In this document: piece by piece, positions 12,201-22,524 of the stretch
Layout of the letters: every line of letters begins with the position of its first letter
Position numbering within the stretch: the stretch's first letter is position 1
From: Mytilus trossulus
Taxonomy: Eukaryota
Reading direction: 5' to 3'
DNA length: 64,000 nt
Assembly: GCF_036588685.1 (NCBI RefSeq)
Contig: NC_086381.1
Location: 16,926,001-16,990,000, forward strand
Translations under genes and position numbers: made by a program
Notes under the pieces: generated by a model
What the model was told of the DNA's origin: nothing
Database searches by the model: none
Seen by the model: the letters and a program-made list of their open reading frames with translations, nothing else

Positions 12201-15200
12201 ATGCATCGACACCGAAGTTATGTACAGAATCATTTTAAACGTCTTCTCTAGAGATTAGATAAATAACTTTCAATTTCCTGCACTCGCATTTTTCTTTCTT
12301 CTATTCTAATAACATTCTCATTAACTTCGACGCAAATACGCGCACATATACGAGCTTTTATTTGATTTTTAAAGAAGAAATAATATGGCCAGTTTATCAA
12401 TGATCATTGAGCATTTAATGAAAAAGATGTCCGCTACTAGCTATAGCCGAGTATGAAATAAGCCCCGCCTCACTACTAACCTAGTATCAAATATGGGTAC
12501 ATAGCTCCAGGCGGATGCTTTTGACCAAAAATATTCCTAGAAATGCATAGGAGGTAAGATAATAACTGTTGCTAAGTCTTTAGCGTTTTCATGTAGAGTT
12601 TTGTAGACTCTTGTTTACCATGTCGCAGTATTTGTTTTTTTTATGCCATACATGTATTTCTACCACATTAATATACTATCGGGACTGTATTTGGCAAACT
12701 TTTCCCAAATGTTGGCTCCGCAATGCTCTTCAACAACACACTTTGTTTGAACTTACATCTTTTTTATTCAGGCGTTACTTTTTATATCTTTTAATTATTA
12801 GCCAGATATCTTTTAAAATTTTATATAAAGTACACAAAATTCTTTTTTTTAAGGACAGCCTACAGAATGTGCTGACATAGCCTCTAATAAAGATGGAGTG
12901 TACACTATCATTCCAAAAGGAAGTTCTCAGGAAATATCAGTGTTCTGTATAATGAGAGGAGGAAACAAATGGACGGTAAACTAACAATAAATTTATCCAG
13001 AAGGCCTACATTTCATATGGTTTGTCTTTTTCTACAGGCTAAAAATTATTTCACGCGTTGGTGTTACATTGTTCATTTTGTATTGCATGAAACCCGGGTT
13101 TCACGTTAACCTTAATTATATCGTAAATTGTAAGACGCAATCGTAGTATAAACATGTTCAAAAATGGTAAATCCACTTTAAATATGCAAATAAAGAGAAA
13201 AACACAAGAGGGAATTTTGTGATTCAAAATAAAACGAGGCTGTATACTACCGAAGCTAATACAACTTAGTCAAAATGTTGCGATAAGACCCATTTGGTAA
13301 ATAGGTAGATGGGGTGTGAGTGCCAGCCAGTAAAACAACTGTCATTCCATTAGATTACTTCGTGATTTGAAACACAGAGAGCTCGATTGGTTAACAATTT
13401 TTTTTTTTTAAAGAAAATCAATATTATGATTTTTCTATTCGAATGTATTTCATGTTTCATTAAATGAAACATCGATGATGAATTATTCACTTAAATTCAT
13501 ATTCATATGACCTTGAATTAGCTGGAGCTGGAGTATGCACGACGTGTAAGGCTATTAATAGAAAAGAAGGTCAACATCGAATTTCAAAGTGAATAAAAAA
13601 TAAATCATTTGAATTATTGATTCGATCCACAAAAAAATCATTCTTATACAGATAAAATCGAAAATTAATTAAATCATTTCTTTTAACCTTAAAATAGAAA
13701 TTAAACAGACATAGAAAAACCCATTTACACGAGGTCCATACATCTATTGATATTTATTTTTATGTCGTGTTGTGTGACCGTCGGTTGTTTTCGGGGTCAT
13801 CTTGATAGTTAACTAGATAGCGTTTATACTATAATACACACGAAACGCAGCTATATATGATCGAGCAAATGCCCTGTAAATAATTTATTTGAGCCTTTTT
13901 TTATAATTTGGATAAATTTTCTTACATGGTTATTAATCTACTATGAAAAGTTAAGTCAAATAGGTGAGCATTAATTTAACAGCTGGTGTACCTCTAACAC
14001 TGTATTGAATCTCGTATTGTTTAATTAATGAACTGTGACCTGTAAAAATATATTGGTTATGTCTTTGTCCTCTGTTGTTTTTTTTATATATGCGACCTTA
14101 GATAATTAGTAGAATGAATATCCAGTGGCAAAGAAGCAAGAAATGTAGCATATGTTAATGTAAAACGCACTTCAGTAATGCATGCAAATCTTTACTTTAA
14201 CTCATTTTAATATAGTTTTACTTCAATAACAAAGTCGCATCGTAACACAAAATGATTTTTAAATACAAACACAAGTAAATATCATTTAGTTGGTAGAATA
14301 CTACATGTCATCCACTAAATAGATAAAATAGGAGAGGATTGATTTTAGGTAATACAAAGAAGGATCAATGGTAAAGAAGATTTTTATAAAACTTGGTCGG
14401 ACTATAAATCTGGATTTGGAACTGTTCAGACAGAATATTGGCTAGGTAAGTTAATGCTGCTTTTTTATAGAATATACTGACTTCATTAACAACCTCAAAA
14501 CTATGGGAAATTGTTGAATGTAGAATATTTCTAAATTGTTTCATTATTTTTGTTTCAATTTCCGTGACACTATATTCTCTTAACCAAGAACAGTAATTCA
14601 CGAACGTTGTTTAACCAATTTTTGTTTATGATTTTGGCCTGTTATCTATTTCTCGGATGAAGAGGTAGAACTGTTTGTATCACATTGCACGTAGTATGAT
14701 AAGAAAAAAATGATTACAAAAATCGTGATGTTTGTCAAAGATTCTGAAACTGAGATGACCGCAGTTGTGAAATTGGAGGTTAATGTCTAAATAGGAAACA
14801 AAAGATGCTACTTCAGGAGGATATACTAATTGGACCAAAAATGAAAAGTTTAGAGTCTCATAGTTCATAGCTGTTAAAGTAAAGTTATTCACAACCTTTC
14901 GGTCGATGCTACTACTGCTGGATGTTTCCTCCCCGAATGTATTACCACCCAAACCCGAAATTCTGGTTTGGCATACATTATGATTGATATGTATGTTTAT
15001 ATCATAAATAAAGTTATTACCACCATTATACTTTTCGAAAAAGAACAGGAAAATTATTACCATAGCTATATTATGAAAAACGTTTCGGAATTTTGGATCC
15101 GTAATTTTATTAAACTTTGTACTATATTTGGCCTTTTCACCTATTTTATGTGAGGTTCACTGATGATTCTTTTGTAGACTAAATGCGCGGCAGGCGTTTA

Positions 15201-16656
15201 ATTTTCTTAATAAAGGACACAGTAGTAAACCGCTGTTCAATAGTCATATTTCGAATTAGTAAAATTAAAAATCCGGGAAACAAACTTAAACAACGTATAA
15301 ACAATGTTTGAACATATTTTGTTTTATAATATAGAAAATGCAATTCCTTTAAAAATTACAAATATTAGTGTTGGATTATGTTTCAGGAAATGATAATATA
15401 CATTTCATTTCTGCTAATGGTGATCATGAACTAAGTGTGTATGTAGAAGACTTCAATGGCCGCCACGCTTATGCCAACTACTCACACTTTACAATAGGTG
15501 ACGAGAGTACTAAGTACCTTTTAAATATAACTGGATTTGTTGGTGATGCAGGTAAACAATAATATGAACTACAATTGGGTGTAATAACAAGACAAATATT
15601 TTAAATTGAACCTTAGAAATACTTTTTGTTGCCTCGTCCATGTATACCCTTTTTACACTTTACATCGATCAGGACAACTATCAAACGTATTTGTAAATTT
15701 GGTTTACATTTAATGCACAGGTAATATCTGCAAGACAGGAAATTTAATTAAGGACAATCCCGTTAGTACTTAAGTTAACTATTGGAACTTCATAGTATGT
15801 TTAAATAGGGACATATAAAATACGTCACTTATTTAAATATTCAAAATAAAAAAACCCGAAATAATTCACATTTAAACCAGAGCTGTCATGATCAAATCAA
15901 TCAAGTGCAACACAAGCGTTATTGGTTCACCTTTAGACTTCTGTTTTAGTAAGCCTCAATTTTCATTTGAATTTTCCTGGTTCTAACCAGGTCTATGGGT
16001 TTTTTTGGGTATATTTAGTCTTTATTTTTAAAAATATATTTTGCCACTTAAAAAAAGTTAGAACTCAGTCTGGTTCAATTTGAAATCGTGACATAAACAT
16101 ATAGATCAGTCTCAGTTAATACGATAATGCTTAATTAATTAATTTAATTTTTATATGGAATCCAGTTTTCAGAAAATCGGATTGCAAAACAAAAATGCTA
16201 AGGATTACGAGCTTTTGCAAACATATTTTTTAAGCCCTGCTTCGACATATCGTGATTCAAATGGATGATCTATTCGTATTAAATGAGGTTGCCTTTCCCT
16301 CGGTAAAATTTTATCTTACACCACAGATTGCCGCTATTATGGTATTAAATCTAAAACTTGTTGCATCTTATCTCATTGCAATTCTATATTTCTATACTCT
16401 TTTTTCGTTTGTTTTTACAGGTGATGGATTAACTGATGGTGATGGCATGAAGTTTAGCACGAAAGATTCAGATAACGATAAGAGCGCCAGTAACTGTGCT
16501 GTTGAAAGGCATGCTGGTTGGTGGTTTAATAATTGTGATTATGCCAATTTAAATGGGAGATATAATGACACAAAGAATTCTGGTAATTACTGGTATCGAT
16601 GGAGACGAAATACAAAACCACTGAAAAAGTCTATCATGATGATTAAAAGAAAATAA
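6247..16656 (+). CDS. Complete FReD gene, copy 2: exons 6247-6538, 6848-6967, 12854-12975, 14349-14445, 15387-15551, 16421-16656. Product: signal peptide, coiled coil, Cys-rich EB-like module and fibrinogen C domain
   Basis: All junctions are GT-AG with consistent phases (1,1,0,1,1). Exon 2 DKSLNESCSSTRECRETLTCENWYCKCSGTKHWNGLQCLE; exon 3 PTECADI..KDGVYTI.P....VFC.M.GGNKWT; exon 4 VIQRRINGKEDFYKTWSDYKSGFGTVQTEYWLG; exons 5-6 are paralogous to copy 1. Confidence 0.9.
7005..7221. mobile_element. Tc1/mariner-type MITE
   Basis: TIRs CCGTATAGCGGGT.ATTTTCGCGG / CCGCGAAAATTACCCGCTATACGG with TA on both flanks. Confidence 0.85.
7413..7502 (+). mobile_element. tRNA-derived SINE head or tRNA pseudogene
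   Basis: A-box-like GTAGTCGAGTGGT and B-box GAGTTCGAATCC; I could not fold a clean cloverleaf. Confidence 0.5.
7601..7887 (+). repeat. Left subterminal array, ~12 copies of CGCTAAAGTGCGATGG
   Basis: Direct repeats visible, mostly with spacers under 10 nt; inverted copies lie at the right end. Confidence 0.9.
8660..11683 (-). pseudogene. Decayed spliced transposase/integrase: 11683-10884 (frameshift near 11480), putative exons 10440-10378, 10207-10091 and 8948-~8660
   Basis: H2C2 finger (HKIDH...CSQC), RWQMDL, LQTDNGKEF and GRPYHPQSQG|gttagt donor. The third catalytic residue (expected GRVER) is lost after aaaacag|GC CGT at ~10740. Downstream exons have AG/GT ends and open phase-0 frames. 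Confidence 0.75.
9013..9289. mobile_element. Internally deleted Kolobok-like MITE nested in the Ginger element
   Basis: TIRs AAAGGAGTAGGTCCGGTAAG / CTTACTGGGCCTACTCCTTT; a longer inverted relative lies at 37564-38122. Confidence 0.75.
11777..11931 (-). repeat. Right subterminal array, ~7 copies of CCATCGCACTTTAGCG
   Basis: Reverse complement of the left array. Confidence 0.9.
12134..12198 (+). pseudogene. Truncated duplicate of the FReD EB-like exon 2
   Basis: gatttgaaattatag|...AATCCTGCTCATCCACACGAGAATGTA matches 6833-6890; the reading frame RKRINKSCSSTRECKET then diverges and stops. Confidence 0.75.
14690..15200. mobile_element. Penelope-like element remnant: RT fragment on the minus strand (~14700-14840) next to an oppositely oriented hammerhead-bearing repeat (~14900-15200)
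   Basis: VYPPE..SFVSYLDINLQFHNCGHLSFRIFDKHHDF resembles Penelope RT IYP.EL...SYLDL.......L..IYDKRDDF; degenerate hammerhead at ~15157-15198. Confidence 0.65.
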
Positions 16657-18030
16657 GATATAAAAAGACTGTAGCTGTTTTTGTTCCGATCCCGATTTTG
16701 AGTGTCTTGTCAATTTCTTTTTGATTGTTTGGTTCATCGTATGCTTTTGCTTATTTTTGTTGTTTTAGTTTATTGATTTGTTGTTTGATTAGTTAAAACT
16801 TTTTTGTTGTATGTGTGTAATGGATTTCATTTCATACACCTCTTTACTCAAAGAGCATAATATGTTAATGACCCATTTCCTATACCTGATTTAAGAACAG
16901 AATCGTTCACCTCAAAGTATTTCTCTTGAATATCTAAACAGTACGCATAATGTATTCAAACAAAATGTAAAATCACAAAAATACTGAAAATTCAATCATA
17001 AATTAATTCCCTAATCAAATGACAAAACACATCAAACGAATTGACAACAACTGTCATATTCCTGACTAGCTTGGTACAGGCATTCTCAAATGTAGGAAAT
17101 GGTGGATTGAACCTGGTTTTATAGCGCTAAACCTCTCACTTATATGACAGTCGAATCAAATTCTGTTATATTGGAAGAATCAATTCATCCCTCTTACACG
17201 TCTTTTTTTTTTTTTAACTTCATTCAACTCATATTGGAAAGCTGTACTGATAAATATTGAATATAAAAGAGAGAGAGAGGGAGAGAGACAAAAGCATGGC
17301 CAACAAAGATAAAAAGAAAAAAGGACAAACAATTAAAGAGTAAAGAAATATTCTACAATGGAAACAAAAACCAAGAGTAAATTACATATGGTGTACGATG
17401 GAAGAAGGGCTTCCTGATCCACGAGAGACACACAAATATAAACTCAGTGAACAGTAACAATGGGTGATGCTCCAATTAAGGAAATGAAGGTGGGAACAAA
17501 AGAGCTAGAAAATCGCCAATTTCTTTGTCAAGAACAATTACGTACTGTTCAGATTTTTTGACAAATGTACAGATAAAAAGTGAGAATTTCATACTTGTAA
17601 ATTTATTTCTTTGCTTATTTTGACAACATTGAACTAAACTGGCTACTAAACACAAATAATTATTTCATTATTTCCCTTTATTAATGATTGAGAGAAAAAA
17701 AATAATCCTATTAGTTTGTTTTTTTTAATATCTCGATACTAGTGCCCCTCTTAAATCTTTTCATATGGAAAGCATGCAAATGTTTCTATATATATAAAAA
17801 AGACTCAAGCCTTTCTTTATTATGCTATCAATGCTTCATTCAGGTATAATATGATTAATTAAATTCCTTAGTTGAATTCCTCATTACAGGTTATTACTAA
17901 ATCATTTTTTAAAAACTTTCATACTCATTTTTATTTCAAATCAAAGACAATTTTTTTTCTTCATTTTAGACTGCAAACTTTTGAACTTTGTCATTTGACA
18001 ATAAAAATGAGTTGCAGTACCATCAATAAA

Positions 18031-18465
18031 AGAGGTACAAAAGATAGTCAAACTCATAGATTGAAAATAAACTGACAACGCCAAATAAAAAGACAAACAG
18101 ACAAATAATAGTACAGAAGACACAACATAAAAAACTAAAGACTAAGCAACATGAATCCTACCAAAAACTGGGAGTGATTTCAGGTGCTCGGGAAGGGTAA
18201 GCAGATACTGCTCACATGTGGCACCCGTTGTGTTGCTTATGTTATTACAATTTCAGTAAATAGTCTTATTCGATAGGTGACATTCATGAAAAGGGAATGG
18301 TATTGTAGTTACTAAATAAGGAACATATCAGATAGCATCTGTGAAACGGCTATTCCCTAACGGTCAACCAACTCATGATGGCATCCGTAAAATCCGAAGG
18401 GATAATTGCAACATCATCATTTGGAACTGTTGGTTTAATAGCTTCCTAGTGAGCCGCCATCCTCT
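18031..18465 (-). mobile_element. Penelope-like 3' fragment inserted in the downstream flank of FReD copy 2
   Basis: Flanks gcagtaccatcaataaa | aatcttgcttaac match the uninterrupted site at ~4005-4035 in copy 1; the minus strand shows decayed similarity to the Penelope RT C-terminus. Confidence 0.65.
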
Positions 18466-18846
18466 AATCTTGCTTAACCAGTGAATGGATATGCATGAAA
18501 TATTTCAGCCACAGAAGCAAACAGCAATCCATTTACCTTGTTTTCAGACACAAATGGTGTTGCGTAATTAATTTTTAAACAAAATTACACAAGTATTTTT
18601 CCAGATAAGTCTTCACATCCTCACCAACTATTCCATTTTAAAGCAAGTAATAGATTTGGATTGAATTTTTATATTTGTTTTCCAATATTGTTTAAGAGTA
18701 TTGAAAGAAGCATTCTTATTGAATTCACAGTTACGAAAAAGCTAATTCAAGCCAATTTCAAGGAATTAATTTGGTGGTCTGTTTGTGACCTCTATCCAGT
18801 TAAAAAATAAAATCCTTACACCTACACTTCATTAATCTATAATTTC

Positions 18847-19864
18847 ATAATATCAAGTCCCCTTTTTATATTTAATCACAAAAGTGAATTAAAAATAAGA
18901 TATGAAGTAATAATTTTATACAAATGATTTTTATTATAAAATAAATTGTATTTTTATAACATGTTTGTTCTAAATAAAAATGTATAACAATCAACATTAT
19001 TAAAAAAATAACCATAAAAATATAAAATATATCACAGATTCAGTTTATTTCATTCAATATATCTAATAACAGTTCTTCAAACAAGGTAAAATTGCCGTGG
19101 CCCATAGTATCATATCTCCCAAATATCTTGATATTTTCTTCTGGAACTTCTGTCCTTATTAGTAAGGTGAATCAATTTCCTTGCTAATTATTGGGATATT
19201 CCAAATTAAACCTGCTATAATCCTGGAGGCTCTGCAAGAAAAAAAATATAGAAGTTAAGTTACATTAGTTATTTAACAGGTTTTCCCAATTGTACATTTC
19301 ACAGCAATATACATACTTACATTTGGGGTCCTCAATGCTTTTCATTTTGCCTTTTTGACTGTTTCGATTCAAAAAGGGACCAAAGGGGCAAAAGAATATG
19401 ATTTTGCCCTCAGTATATTAACTCATCTTTGACTTTTGACACTATTTTAGCTTTTACCATTTGAAGGAAAGCTTTATGCATAGGACTCAGTATATTTCAA
19501 GTAAATTAAATAATATGTATGTCAAATATTTTTTATAAAATATTCTAGTTTAAAAACATTAAAACTAGACAAATTACATATAACTTACATCTTCAAATAT
19601 AGGACTTCCATGTATTTGACCTGGTACATGAAGTAGTCCCTCATCTTTAAGATACAAGGTACCAGTAGTCTGATCAATTTTATAGTATAGCGGCCCATAT
19701 CTGTGGTATGTTGGATATTTTGTGATTGAAGGTAAATGGATGTGATCATTAACCTCTGTTCCCAACAGTGCCACATTATAGAACACAAACTGAAATGAAG
19801 AAAAATCATTACTTAACATAATACCAAACCTTGGTTTACATAAAGGGTCTTAAAATATAAAGTC
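18847..19864 (-). repeat. Segmental duplicate (copy A) of the last two exons and 3' UTR of the mega-TSP-like gene; exons 19789-19589 and 19231-19184
   Basis: Near-identical to 22193-23209; frames open; AG/GT sites and AATAAA retained. Confidence 0.9.
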
Positions 19865-21904
19865 CTCTATAGGTTGTTGTGTTACATCTGTGTACTTTTA
19901 GTTCTGTTTCTCTGTACTCACTGTCCTAAAAGTTGAATTTTCTGATTTCAAAAGTACTGCAAAATAAAAGTTGAAGAATTTTAATTAGTAGACATAAAAA
20001 AAAACACTAAAATTATAAAGATATACAGATATAAGTTACTACTATATAATTTAATTTTGGATGTAACGTGTCTTCTGATTGTCTGACGTTATTTTGTCAT
20101 CAGCCCATATACATAATTTAGTCATGTGACCCTGATGTCATCAATGTCTTTTCATAGTTTCAAGTTTACGGTTTAAAATGGAATTTATTAAATTATAAGA
20201 AATGACTGTAATATTTTTTCTGTCTATTCAAAATAACATAAAAAATTGGTGCTCACTGTGAAATGACTTGCTTATGCATGAACTTGTTTCACTTAAAGGG
20301 TCAATGTCTAAAAGTGATTAAGTCCTTCTAGAAATTGCATATAACTATAGAATACATTTAACCTCATGCCAGTACTAGGTTGTTATTGTTTTTTTGAATA
20401 TTTGTTTTTCATTGAACTATAACATAATTGGTCTTGTCTATTCTTTAAAATGTTAATTTTTGTGATAAGTTGTGTATCTATATATATGAAAGCTATACAT
20501 TGTTGCCATTTGTTGACAAACCTTTTATTGGCAGTTAAATCACAGATCTCTAATTTAATACCAAACTGCTTTTATTAGAAGATTTCTTGTTTCAATTTAA
20601 GTAATGTTATTTCTAAAACATACAGTAATAATAGATTTAAAAAAATATCTCCTGTCTTACACAATTTTGATAATATTCATGTTCATAAATCTATTGTCTA
20701 ATACTTTTGCCAACTCTATTAAATTAAGAAGACTCTTTATTTATCACTATTTTAAACTGTTAAAGAGCACTTATTCAAAATGGTGGACATTCAACTCCAT
20801 TGTACTTACCAAAAGATGTTGTGTCCAAATTATGTGTAAACACCAATCTTCCTGAATCCAAGAGTCATGTCAACTGAAGACTATCATCTGCACTACCCAT
20901 TGTCAATTGAATCAATTGGAACTTTTTGATCTAACACGTCTAAATCCACTGTAAAATTTATATTACTTTGTTCCTGATAGAAGACATCTTTGTTTGTTTG
21001 TTGTATGCATGTTCATGTCCAGTTCAAATTTTGAATATATGTTGGTCAAGGTTGCTTAGGGTATTGTTTCAATGTGATCCTTTTGAAATTTGTCCCTAAT
21101 GATAAATATCAATTGCCTAAATTTTGAATATTTGCATTTTGTTATATATTTAATTATAATAAAAAAATAATTATATATATGTTTTTTTATCTTTGATATT
21201 ATAAGTTATAATGGAAATATATACATAGAAGAAATGCTCGGCCCTTAATTTGGCCTCAAACTCTGTGTACATTAAATTATGGTACTTCCTGTCTTTACCA
21301 CTACACAGAGATAATGGAATCCAGATGGACATGGCACATTACATTTCTATCACATGACCAGCTCATATTACTAATTGAGATGAGAAAGATAATTTGTGTA
21401 TAAATAATTTTAAAATAATGATACTAGAAATTAAACTGCAGGTGAGGCTAAATTCATTTGATGGAAAATATTATAATTTAAGATATTGTTCATAGAAAAA
21501 TGTCACAAAAAAGTGACAAAAAGGCATAATACATTTTAATACATATAGAACAAAAATTATTATGCCTCAATCATTTAGATTAAATTTGTTGAAATAAATA
21601 CCAAAGTAGTATTTCCTTACAAAATATCTTAAATTGTGATAAACATGCAGTTTAGGAATTCATTATAAGCATTAATTGATATTTGAAGATTTATTTAAAA
21701 TAAAATGTTCAAAAATCCATATATATCTGAGTATAATGAAGTATGACCATAACAAATTTAGATAATTTGAAGTATCCATATCCGAATGTTCAGAGACGAT
21801 ATGTTGTGTATTATTTGAACCTAAAATCTTTAAAAAAAAAATCATATGTAATATTTTAAAATGCTTGAAATATTGGTGCATTACTATCATGTCTAACAAT
21901 ATTA

Positions 21905-22189
21905 AAGACACTTTTCTTGCAAAGTTGTTGCAAATAGCCATTCCTTAAATAATAAAAGAAAAGGTTCCTGCAACTTTCTGGCAAACAATTTCTTTCTTGC
22001 AACATTGCAGCAAACTTGCTCCAATTTTCTTGCAAACAAACTTTGTTGCAGTAACATTGCGAGAATATTGCAGGTAGCTGCAACAATCTGCAACTTTCTT
22101 GCAAACACATCCTGCAAACAAATTTGTTTGCTGCAATATTGCCGCTATATTGTTGCAATATTGCAGCAAACTTATCATTTCTGTAAGGG
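21905..22189. mobile_element. Partial MITE with TTGCA-rich internal repeats ending in ...CTGTAAGGG|TTAA
   Basis: Many ttgca/tgcaa motifs and a piggyBac-like GGG-TTAA end; the other end was not found. Confidence 0.5.
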
Positions 22190-22524
22190 TTAATAATATC
22201 AAGTCCCCTTTTTATATTTAATCACACAAGTCAATTAAAAATGTGAAGTAATAATTTTATACAAATGACTTTTATTATAAAATAAATTGCATTTTTATAA
22301 CATGTTTGTTCTAAATAAAAATGTATAACAATTAACATTATTAAAAAAATAACCATAAAAATATAAAATATATCACAGATTCAGTTTATTTCATTCAATA
22401 TATCTAATAACAGTTCTTCAAACAAGGTAAAATTGCCGTGGCCCATAGTATCATATCTCCCAAATATGTTGATATTTTCTTCCGGAACTTCTGTCCTTAA
22501 TAATAACGTAAATCAATTTCCTTG

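Noticed and set aside
20810-20948. Minus-strand exon-like segment with good AG and GTAAGT sites
   Set aside because: All three frames contain stops and the gene model is complete without it; at most a pseudo-exon.
21856-22202. Four overlapping Cys/Gln-rich ORFs
   Set aside because: Artefacts of the stop-poor TTGCA repeat.
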